64,000 nucleotides of DNA from a virus (taxonomy: Duplodnaviria > Caudoviricetes): positions 64,001-128,000 of IMG/VR virus record IMGVR_UViG_3300036802_000112, one strand, 5' to 3'. The translations under genes and the position numbers were made by a program. Below, piece after piece: positions 48,558-56,897 of this stretch; the first letter of the stretch is position 1; every line of letters begins with the position of its first letter. The notes beneath the pieces were generated by a model, which did no database searches, was not told the DNA's origin, and worked only from the letters and a program-made list of their open reading frames with translations.

Positions 48558-49001
48558 ATGTATCAATTAGCGGTTAATAATTACAGTGAAGTGCCATTTA
48601 AAATAGTAGATAAGGACCCGGGAACCGTGCAAGAATTCTTCTTTTTAATTTCTGGATTGTATCATGACTATTGTATGTGCAGAGAAGACCTCCCTAGTCC
48701 AAAAGACATGCTAGAAGAAGATCGTAATTTTTATCCAAAATCAAACGAAACAGTAAACGGATTTTTAGATGGTATGATTCATGAAATGATGCATAGACGA
48801 AATACTTTCTTAGATGATTTTATAGAAGTATTACCAGAAGACGCGGACACTGATTCTTTAGCTGATTTTTTAGATGGATGTTGGGATGATATGAAGCCTT
48901 ACTATGAGGATGAAATACGTATCGCATTAGAAGTACTAGGATACGCATATAAAGGCGAATGGGGAGAAGTAAGAAATACTTATGTAATCGAGGTGTGGTA
49001 A
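48558..49001 (+). CDS. EVW-family paralog 9
   Basis: MYQL...VRNTYVIEVW. Confidence 0.8.
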   Translation: MYQLAVNNYSEVPFKIVDKDPGTVQEFFFLISGLYHDYCMCREDLPSPKDMLEEDRNFYPKSNETVNGFLDGMIHEMMHRRNTFLDDFIEVLPEDADTDSLADFLDGCWDDMKPYYEDEIRIALEVLGYAYKGEWGEVRNTYVIEVW

Positions 49002-49370
49002 ATGTACGAGATACAAAAGACAGAGGTAGAATTCATCTTTGTGCCGGATGATTTCTACCACACTTTTAAAGATGTTATAAAAACGTGGTATGAAAATTTC
49101 GAATACTGTTTCCCGACACGGATACCAGAGGCACAAATATTTAGTATGGACTACCAAATTGGTTTCGAATTTGAAAGTGGCTTAATATGGTTTGCAGGTG
49201 CAATATTAGAAATTGCGGAACCAGACAATGAATTTGCTTCCATGCATGATTTAAGTGTAATGGAACAGATGTGGTTCGAAGAGGATATGCGTACATTATT
49301 AGATGCAGAAAGTATCACTTATATGTACGACGGTGAACTTAAAAATAGTGTTATTTTGGAGGTATGGTAG
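49002..49370 (+). CDS. EVW-family paralog 10
   Basis: MYEI...LKNSVILEVW. Confidence 0.8.
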   Translation: MYEIQKTEVEFIFVPDDFYHTFKDVIKTWYENFEYCFPTRIPEAQIFSMDYQIGFEFESGLIWFAGAILEIAEPDNEFASMHDLSVMEQMWFEEDMRTLLDAESITYMYDGELKNSVILEVW

Positions 49371-49372
49371 GT

Positions 49373-49906
49373 ATGTATTTAAGTACAGAAGTAGCAAATC
49401 ATGAATTTCAATTTTTCTGTTTAGAAACAAATTCAATAGAAGAAATCACGAAAGATCTTAGAGAAGTTTATAAGGCGATTGTGAAAGAGACTGATAATGT
49501 ACCAAACTTATTCGATATCAGATTGTATAGTTCAAACTTAATCAACTACGTCTTTTTTGAAAGAATCGCCTTAGGGAAGGAAAGTGCCTTAGATTATTAT
49601 ACAGACGGAGAAGGTATTATAGAACACATACAAGATATCATGAAAAGCTATTCGAAAGAAGAATTTCATCATGGAATCGAAAGGTGTATACAAGAATTCC
49701 CAACATTAGAATCTACCGAGGATATAATAGAACTTTTCATGGTTGACGCTTTATATATATTCAATCTGAATCAGTGGAGGTACCACGATATAGAATGGTA
49801 TCCTGCTTACAACATGTTGCTGCTATCGGATAAATTAGGAGACATTTTGAATTCGCAGGGTAAGGTAGAATTCGATGTTAACAATCCAATGATAGAGGTG
49901 TGGTGA
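49373..49906 (+). CDS. EVW-family paralog 11
   Basis: MYLS...VNNPMIEVW. Confidence 0.8.
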   Translation: MYLSTEVANHEFQFFCLETNSIEEITKDLREVYKAIVKETDNVPNLFDIRLYSSNLINYVFFERIALGKESALDYYTDGEGIIEHIQDIMKSYSKEEFHHGIERCIQEFPTLESTEDIIELFMVDALYIFNLNQWRYHDIEWYPAYNMLLLSDKLGDILNSQGKVEFDVNNPMIEVW

Positions 49907-49907
49907 A

Positions 49908-50393
49908 ATGAATCAATTAACATTACTTTCGGATGTTAATCAAGTTATAGACTTCGACTTTTTCGAACACAAAGGAAATAAGTTGGAAGAATTCAAAGAA
50001 GAATTGTTGGGTTCCTATGAACAAGCTTGTGAGTATTGGGTTTATGATGAAGGAGAAGAACAACTTCCCACGCTTTCTGTTATAGGCGATATAGCTTGCA
50101 GGATGTATGTAGAAGAAATTGTGTTTAAATGTTATGCAGATGGATCTATAGCAGGGAATATAGATGTCAGAGAAAATATAGATGAACATCAATGCGACCA
50201 ATTAGATGAAATACAAGACTCTATCCATGATGAGTTCCATCATAATAGAAGTTTCGGAATGGGTATCGGTAACATAAGAGATTACTTCAATGACATCGAA
50301 AAGTTATTGAACTTATGTAACTTAACATATAGAAAGGATGATGATAGAGCGAATATATGCAACGTTAATTCACATGTTGTGGAGGTTTGGTGA
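49908..50393 (+). CDS. EVW-family paralog 12
   Basis: MNQL...VNSHVVEVW. Confidence 0.8.
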   Translation: MNQLTLLSDVNQVIDFDFFEHKGNKLEEFKEELLGSYEQACEYWVYDEGEEQLPTLSVIGDIACRMYVEEIVFKCYADGSIAGNIDVRENIDEHQCDQLDEIQDSIHDEFHHNRSFGMGIGNIRDYFNDIEKLLNLCNLTYRKDDDRANICNVNSHVVEVW

Positions 50394-50860
50394 TGTATCA
50401 ATTACAGACTGATGTAAAGGAGTTTCCGTTACATTTTATACCGAAAGAAAAAACAGAAGCATTCATTAAGGCAATACTGTCTGCATACAAACGTATATAT
50501 ACAGTTATGAGTAAAGTGAGTGGAGTGAATTCATTCCATTACATAGAACCCTGGGGAGACATTGGCGTCTTTCTAGGGGATTTTTATGTAATGGGATGTT
50601 GCTATTACGAGACAGGAGAAGAGTATGCATACGAAAAAGCAGTAGCAAAAATAGATGCTATGGGAGATGATGGCGCATTCGAGTTAAGTGCAATGTATAA
50701 CGACGAGTGTTTTGAAGATTGGAGAAGTGAGTTCATTGATGATATCACAGCGGTTCTAGATATGCACAACTATTCATATTTCGATCCAGCTTCCGACCCG
50801 TACGCTGTCAATCTTGATTGTGTAGAAGTGAACAATACTCATATTATATCAGTATGGTAA
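50393..50860 (+). CDS. EVW-family paralog 13
   Basis: MYQL...VNNTHIISVW. Confidence 0.8.
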   Translation: MYQLQTDVKEFPLHFIPKEKTEAFIKAILSAYKRIYTVMSKVSGVNSFHYIEPWGDIGVFLGDFYVMGCCYYETGEEYAYEKAVAKIDAMGDDGAFELSAMYNDECFEDWRSEFIDDITAVLDMHNYSYFDPASDPYAVNLDCVEVNNTHIISVW

Positions 50861-50874
50861 AGGAGAAGATAAAG

Positions 50875-51348
50875 ATGCAACAATTTATGTTACCACAAAA
50901 CTATGTTAGAGGTTATGATAACGCCCCTTATCGTTTGATATTCAATGTTCCAGAAGATGAGTTTAGAAAAGTTATGCGAGATATTTATATAGCTACTCAC
51001 ACAACGAACAGACCACCATACTTCGAAAGAATTTTATCGGAGCTTATTGAGATAGGTATGTTCTCTCGTGTGTTCTTAGAATACGCCAAAGAGAATCCTG
51101 AAAAATTCGATATGTCTATAAAACGCATAGATGAATTATATTATTGGGTGGTGGAGAAAGGTGTGAATGATGAATCAATTACACAAGAATTATTAAGTTT
51201 TGCAGGGTATTACTTCTGCGAAGAGTTCGAAAACGATATCCGTATCTTCTTGAACGATTTTAATTACAGTTTTTTAGAAAGAGATTATCACCATCAACAT
51301 GCGGATGAAGCTGCAATTAGAAACTCATGTATTATCCCTGTTTGGTGA
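50875..51348 (+). CDS. EVW-family paralog 14
   Basis: AGGAG RBS; ends IRNSCIIPVW. Confidence 0.8.
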   Translation: MQQFMLPQNYVRGYDNAPYRLIFNVPEDEFRKVMRDIYIATHTTNRPPYFERILSELIEIGMFSRVFLEYAKENPEKFDMSIKRIDELYYWVVEKGVNDESITQELLSFAGYYFCEEFENDIRIFLNDFNYSFLERDYHHQHADEAAIRNSCIIPVW

Positions 51349-51397
51349 TATGTGAGTTTTTCTTTTTTAGTAGTGCACAGAGAAGGGGTCTTGCAAA

Positions 51398-52189
51398 ATG
51401 ACATTAGCAATTAAAGACAGTAAATGGATTAAGCGTTTTGACGTCGCTAAACTATTAGAGGATTCTTTAGACATGTCGTATTGGAAAGGGGATGATTGTA
51501 CAAAAGGAGTTTTCTTTACAGATGAATACGGTTACGCATTAAATAAAGTAGTAGCTATACGAGTTCATCATGACGAAGATGCTCCAGAAGTCTTCTACTC
51601 ATTTAATGAGAAGGATGACGAAGAATGTGGACCAGTCGTAACAGAGTATCCATATGAAGAGTTATCGTTATTACCTCGTAAACATCATTTACTATTTGAG
51701 GATACAAAAGTAGAGAAGAAAAATCTAGACAAAGTATTCGAAAGAAAAGAGGTGTTAAAATCAATTCAAATTGAACCGAAAACAATTGTGGAGAAGATCG
51801 AAGAGGAAATTCCAAATAAACGTCAACGTGATCGAACACAGTTGAAAATAAAGGTTCGGGATAACGAAGTGTTGTTTGAAGCACATAAGAAAAAGAAAGT
51901 TACTTTTTCGGAAATCATTAAGTATGATACAATTACAACGCGAGACATTATTGAACTACAACAACCTACATATGATTTAAGTCATTGGGAGACAGATAAA
52001 AAGACCAATGAAATAAACGGGGCAATCAATGCACATACGTTATGCTATTTACTTCATGTGTTTCAGGATTTTAATTCTGTATTTTTGCACTTTGAAGAAA
52101 ATAGAGTTTTTATCGTAGGTAATCCAAATGATGTTAATATAAATGGAACGCCTACAATAGAAGTCGTTGTTAGTTTAATGAAGCTTTAA
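51398..52189 (+). CDS. Second putative sliding-clamp-like protein
   Basis: KGVFFTDEYGYALNKVVAIRV and AINAHTLCYLLHVF..VFLHF..VVVSLMKL resemble DnaN domain II/III patterns. Confidence 0.4.
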   Translation: MTLAIKDSKWIKRFDVAKLLEDSLDMSYWKGDDCTKGVFFTDEYGYALNKVVAIRVHHDEDAPEVFYSFNEKDDEECGPVVTEYPYEELSLLPRKHHLLFEDTKVEKKNLDKVFERKEVLKSIQIEPKTIVEKIEEEIPNKRQRDRTQLKIKVRDNEVLFEAHKKKKVTFSEIIKYDTITTRDIIELQQPTYDLSHWETDKKTNEINGAINAHTLCYLLHVFQDFNSVFLHFEENRVFIVGNPNDVNINGTPTIEVVVSLMKL

Positions 52190-52212
52190 TGTGTTTTAGA
52201 GGAGGAAATGGT

Positions 52213-55200
52213 GTGAGTTGGTACAGTAAGGTTAATAAATATATAGATGATAACTTAATGGATTTCATCAAAGAGTTCTTCGGAGCGAATGCAAATACAG
52301 AGAAAATCGCCAGAGCTATTCGTGTTAGTCCTGCGCCATGTTGTGGTCATAACGATTGTTTCTCATTCGCAACTGAGAAAAATGCATTCAACTGTTTCTC
52401 TTGTAGAAAAAGCGGCAACAGAATTAAATCGTTGCAATACTTATTCGGTAATGAAAAAGACGCGAATAAGGCACTTTCTAAATGGGCAGGCGTTGAGTAC
52501 CTAGAAGATCGTGTATATGACGAACAAACGAGAAAGAAAATGGAGAAGGAAGAAAGACTGCAAGAGTTATATAGAATTGCTATTCTCCATTACACGTTCC
52601 AAATGCAAGACGAAACGGAATCTACGGCTTTAGCTATGCAAACAGGGAAAGAGCATGGTTGTCGTAAACACCAACTTGATTTCCTAAAGAAATATAAAGT
52701 TGGGTATTCAAGTGGTTGGGACTTCCTTCGCAATGCATTAGAAAAATCACCGAAGGGCTTCACAAAAGAAGAAATAGAAGAAGCGAAAAGTTTCATCTCT
52801 ATTCCAGAAGGATACTTTGTTTACCCTTATTATGATAAAGCAGGAAACTTAATTCGTATCAATACTAAATTGTTCGAAAGAAAATGTTTAGGTTCTTACG
52901 ATAGAGATACAGGAAGGTATGGTTACGATTGTGGCTATAGAACAAAAGACCTTTCCAAGAAATCACGAGAAACACATGAGCATCTAAAGAAACATAAGAT
53001 GGCCGGAGATGGTTTTTCACGCGGTGAGAAAACAAATGCATTTTACTTTGATCCAGAATCTATACAAAGAAAGCGATTCGCTATTCTTGTGGAAGGTGAA
53101 AATGATGTAATCTCGGCTGACGAAGAAATGGCAAATCTCCCTGAAAGTTATCGAAGAGATTTCGCTATCATCGGTTTAGGCGGTCAAATGGATGAAGAAA
53201 GTTTTGAGAGTCTATTCCTTCGTCAATTCGAAAAGATTTATGAGTGTTTCGACCACGACGATGCAGGAGATAAATACAGAAATTTGTTAGATGAAAAACT
53301 ACCTGACGTTCCTGTATACTCTATCCTATTCGATGACGATATCAATGATATCGATGCATGGCTTAAATCTCATTTGTATAATCCAGGTGATTTCAAAGAT
53401 GCTATTGATAATGCAGCGTACAGAGATACAAAGCATTATATCATCGAACGAGAAACATCAAAGCACCATTGGAGATTAAAGAACAGACAATTCGAAATTA
53501 CTTTCGATGTTTCCAAAGCGAATCATCAGAAAGGTACCATTGATGGAACAATCAGTGTTTACAAAGGCGGTCAACCTACGTTCAAGAAAACTGGAGATTT
53601 AATGAACACGAAGATTGACCCAGCTTTAAACACAACAAAATTGTTATTCGCAGAAGAAGTAGATAAGTATTACAACGATGTTGAGATGGTAGCGGATAAA
53701 CCGAAGCGTTCGTATTGGGAACTGATTAATATATTTAAATACACAAGTAAACAAAACCAAGTCATTAGACAGTTAGCTTGGTACTTACATCAGAAAGATA
53801 TAAAAGAATTCCAAGCTGCAGCATCAAAACTAGGTGCGTTAGGTCAAGAAGTGAAGGCACAAATTCTACAAGAAGTAAATTCTATAGAAAACCAACAGTT
53901 CGACCCAAACATTACACCGCCAATTATTACGTTATCTCAGTTCTTTAACATTCCAAACAATGACGCTTTCTTCTACTTCTCGAAAATTATTAATGAAGAA
54001 GATGTTACGAAAGCTGTTCCTTGTTTAATAACAAACAAGAAAGAAGAAATCCGTTTGGACCTGATGAAGAAGAGTGATCCGCAAAGTATCTTGCTGATTA
54101 AAAATAAATATCAACTTCCAACTGAAGTTCCGATAACAATCATGAACCAAAATGAAGTTTCTTTACAACGTTATTGGGTAGAACGTTGGAAGAATGAACA
54201 ATTAGATCCTGCGGAGTATGACCCGTCTAAATTAATTAAAGAAATTGAAGATTTCATTAGAGGTTCGTATTACCTGCATGATGATACGTTAAAAGTATTA
54301 TCGTTATGGATCTATTCAACATATTTCTATATGTTATTCCAAAGCGGATTCCCTTACTTATTAATCACCGGGGAAAAAGGAACGGGTAAATCAACTGCCG
54401 ATTTCCTAATCTACTTGTTATCTCTTAATCCTAAGTTTGCACTGCACATGTCGGAATCATCATTATTCCGTGCAATCAGTCAGCAGGGCGGAACGTTTAT
54501 CCTGGATGAGTTAGAGAACCTAACAGACAAGAAATCAGTTGATGGAAATGCATTTGCGACAATCCTAAAAGGTGGGTATTCTAACTTCGGTAGAATTTAC
54601 AGAACAAATATGGAAAACGGTATTGCGATGATTGAGGAACATTCAGCGTTTGGCCCGAAAGTAATTTCAAACATCAACGGATTAGATGATGTAATCGGTG
54701 ACCGTTGTATCTTCATTAAAACTGCGCGTGCACCGGAATCGAAATTGAAATTCTTGAAAGACCCGCAAATTTATAGAGAGCAAGAACGTTCCAAAGCACA
54801 CTCAATCACTTCGAGATGTGTAATATCAGCGTTAGAATACTTCCAAACTGTAAACGAAATTTACAACGATGCAAATAACAAAGTAATGACTGGTAATGCT
54901 CGTCTATCGCAAATCATCTTACCGTTAGTAGCGATGGCTAAATTTGTAGGTGGAGATTACGAAGAAGCTTTAATGCGATTCTACCGCGACGATATCGCAC
55001 CTGTAAAAGAAGAGTTATCTGTTTCTACACAAGAGGGTATGGTTAAGAACATCTTGAAAATTGTTGCACAAGAGCTTACAGGTATCAGAGAATCGAAATG
55101 GGCAACGAATGAAAAGATACACACGCATACTGTTCCAATCACATATCATCGTGAAACTGGCATATTTGAAATGGACTTACTGCACTTTATGGTACTTGGT

Positions 55201-55461
55201 GAAGAATCGAATGACGGTATAGAACTTGAATTGAAATCTTTACGCAATACAATTAAGATGATATTCAAAAGCGCAACCGACTTTAAAAACAGTGCGACAC
55301 CAAAGAATTTAACCATCCATGATGAGTCATTACAAAGAAGGTTAAATAATCAGAAGAACATCAGAACAACGTTATTTAGATTTAACGTCAACGATTATCT
55401 GAGTGAATCAGAAAAGCAAACGTTGCATAATAACTCTGTTCCAGAAACATCACTATTCTAA
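52213..55461 (+). CDS. DnaG-type primase fused to a P-loop NTPase/helicase
   Basis: N-terminal Zn finger (CCGH...CFSC), TOPRIM LVEGEND and CFDHDDAG, GEKGTGKST Walker A, ILDE Walker B. Confidence 0.85.
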   Translation: MSWYSKVNKYIDDNLMDFIKEFFGANANTEKIARAIRVSPAPCCGHNDCFSFATEKNAFNCFSCRKSGNRIKSLQYLFGNEKDANKALSKWAGVEYLEDRVYDEQTRKKMEKEERLQELYRIAILHYTFQMQDETESTALAMQTGKEHGCRKHQLDFLKKYKVGYSSGWDFLRNALEKSPKGFTKEEIEEAKSFISIPEGYFVYPYYDKAGNLIRINTKLFERKCLGSYDRDTGRYGYDCGYRTKDLSKKSRETHEHLKKHKMAGDGFSRGEKTNAFYFDPESIQRKRFAILVEGENDVISADEEMANLPESYRRDFAIIGLGGQMDEESFESLFLRQFEKIYECFDHDDAGDKYRNLLDEKLPDVPVYSILFDDDINDIDAWLKSHLYNPGDFKDAIDNAAYRDTKHYIIERETSKHHWRLKNRQFEITFDVSKANHQKGTIDGTISVYKGGQPTFKKTGDLMNTKIDPALNTTKLLFAEEVDKYYNDVEMVADKPKRSYWELINIFKYTSKQNQVIRQLAWYLHQKDIKEFQAAASKLGALGQEVKAQILQEVNSIENQQFDPNITPPIITLSQFFNIPNNDAFFYFSKIINEEDVTKAVPCLITNKKEEIRLDLMKKSDPQSILLIKNKYQLPTEVPITIMNQNEVSLQRYWVERWKNEQLDPAEYDPSKLIKEIEDFIRGSYYLHDDTLKVLSLWIYSTYFYMLFQSGFPYLLITGEKGTGKSTADFLIYLLSLNPKFALHMSESSLFRAISQQGGTFILDELENLTDKKSVDGNAFATILKGGYSNFGRIYRTNMENGIAMIEEHSAFGPKVISNINGLDDVIGDRCIFIKTARAPESKLKFLKDPQIYREQERSKAHSITSRCVISALEYFQTVNEIYNDANNKVMTGNARLSQIILPLVAMAKFVGGDYEEALMRFYRDDIAPVKEELSVSTQEGMVKNILKIVAQELTGIRESKWATNEKIHTHTVPITYHRETGIFEMDLLHFMVLGEESNDGIELELKSLRNTIKMIFKSATDFKNSATPKNLTIHDESLQRRLNNQKNIRTTLFRFNVNDYLSESEKQTLHNNSVPETSLF

Positions 55462-55463
55462 CG

Positions 55464-55496
55464 AAAAGACCGCTAAGTATACTTAGTGGTCTTTTT
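55464..55496 (+). terminator. Intrinsic terminator
   Basis: AAAAGACCGCTAAG / CTTAGTGGTCTTTT stem. Confidence 0.65.
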
Positions 55497-55517
55497 ATAT
55501 TTTAGGAGGATAAAAAT

Positions 55518-55781
55518 ATGAAAAGAAGAACACGATTAGTATACGACGATGCGAGTTTTATCGAGGCGGAATACCTAGACGGAACATGCCCGGGGTGTAA
55601 GATATGGGAAGCACCTACAACTGTAGAAGATTTACGTAAAAGCAAAGAGCTACATGCACACGTAGGTTCAGGTCCTATCTTACAAGAAAAGAACGTTCGG
55701 TATAGAAAGTTAGTTTGGAAAGAATATTTCAAATGCCCTATATGCCAAATGAAATTCTCTATTAAATTTAATGACTTTTAA
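55518..55781 (+). CDS. Small Zn-ribbon protein
   Basis: AGGAGG RBS; CPGC...CPIC. Confidence 0.65.
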   Translation: MKRRTRLVYDDASFIEAEYLDGTCPGCKIWEAPTTVEDLRKSKELHAHVGSGPILQEKNVRYRKLVWKEYFKCPICQMKFSIKFNDF

Positions 55782-55801
55782 TGTCGTTTATAGGCGAAAA
55801 C

Positions 55802-55819
55802 TTGTTATAAGTAAAGTGA
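55802..55819 (+). promoter_or_regulatory. Conserved phage promoter motif, copy 5
   Basis: TTGTTATAAGTAAAGTGA exact match. Confidence 0.75.
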
Positions 55820-55870
55820 GAGAAGGAAAGAAAAACAAATAAAATATATATAATAAAGGAGAAATGAAAA

Positions 55871-56068
55871 ATGAATGGATTATTAAAAGTAGGTTTACAA
55901 ATAGTAAAAGGTGCAGGGAAATTAATGACAATGGGAGCAATTTATACAGTGTCAAATGAATTACAAAGTATTAACAAACAACAATCAAAACAATTCAATA
56001 GAGATATTAAAGATGGTGTTGAACATTCGGTAAGAAAGTTTAAGTTAATCAAAAACGATGAACAATAA
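55871..56068 (+). CDS. A-rich early gene, small amphipathic protein
   Basis: AAAGGAG RBS; amphipathic N-terminal helix. Confidence 0.6.
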   Translation: MNGLLKVGLQIVKGAGKLMTMGAIYTVSNELQSINKQQSKQFNRDIKDGVEHSVRKFKLIKNDEQ

Positions 56069-56098
56069 TAGTAGCGTATGCTACTATTATTGTTTTTC
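56061..56098 (+). terminator. 15-bp perfect hairpin terminator
   Basis: AACAATAATAGTAGC-gtat-GCTACTATTATTGTT plus T tract. Confidence 0.75.
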
Positions 56099-56120
56099 TA
56101 TTTAAGGAGGAAAAAATACA

Positions 56121-56897
56121 ATGACAGAATTTGCAGTAATCACACCGTTCTCATTAAATTGGAAGTTTGTTGTTCCGCATGATTATGAGAGGTTAGAATA
56201 TTTCGTTACACCTCGTGTATCTTTATTATTCCACGAGATCACAAATGGGAAACAAGATTTCGTTATCGGTTCATTCCTTATTAACGAAAGTAACAAAGAT
56301 AAGTTTATGAACGAGATTCTCCCGCAACGTTCTAATCAAAGAATTCAAAAGGCCTTTGAAGATGAAAATGTTTCTGCTTTTCTAAACAGAGAAGATGCAG
56401 AAATTTGCGAACAACTATTTAGAAACGAAGGTTTCTTTTGTCATCGATTAAGTATCTTGTTAGACGGGACACCTGTTGATTTAAGAACATTACCAGCAGA
56501 TGAGTTTTACGAAACGATAGAAACGTTATCTGCATTGAAGGTTGTGTCTGTTATGGACTTTGAAGAGAATGCAACTGAAATAGCTGATATGGTAACAGAA
56601 ACAAGAAAACTCATCGAAGAAGGAATTAGAAAGGAAGAGAGCAGAAAACGTTCGGAGAAAAAGGGATTCACAAAAAGAGTCGCGAACATTCGAGGAGCAT
56701 TAGGAACAGCATCAATGGTTGCATCAGTCGCATGTGGGATAGGAGCAAAGAAGATGGTAAGAAAAGGTGGGTTATTAGGTTTTGCAATAGCAAGCGTTTG
56801 TACAATATTAGGTTTCGGGTTTGCTTCAATTGGTAAGAGTCTAGCCGGAGATAGTATTCAATATTACATGCAAGGGATGGTGAGATTCGGTGTCTAA
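56121..56897 (+). CDS. Membrane protein with two C-terminal TM helices
   Basis: AAGGAGG RBS; C-terminal hydrophobic hairpin. Confidence 0.65.
   Translation: MTEFAVITPFSLNWKFVVPHDYERLEYFVTPRVSLLFHEITNGKQDFVIGSFLINESNKDKFMNEILPQRSNQRIQKAFEDENVSAFLNREDAEICEQLFRNEGFFCHRLSILLDGTPVDLRTLPADEFYETIETLSALKVVSVMDFEENATEIADMVTETRKLIEEGIRKEESRKRSEKKGFTKRVANIRGALGTASMVASVACGIGAKKMVRKGGLLGFAIASVCTILGFGFASIGKSLAGDSIQYYMQGMVRFGV

Larger units (their letters stand above)
45338..51348 (+). repeat. Tandem array of 14 paralogous genes ending in (E/S/P)VW-stop
   Basis: All 14 ORFs end in VW; shared N-terminal MYQL-like, central Y..[ILV]P and C-terminal N-x-x-x-[ILV]-E-V-W motifs. Confidence 0.9.

Noticed and set aside
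45338-51348. CRISPR array, integron cassettes or DGR as the explanation of the repeated junctions
   Set aside because: Units are 350-550-nt protein-coding genes and the repeats are short and degenerate. No attC-like palindromes were seen, and no cas, integrase or reverse transcriptase gene is in the window.
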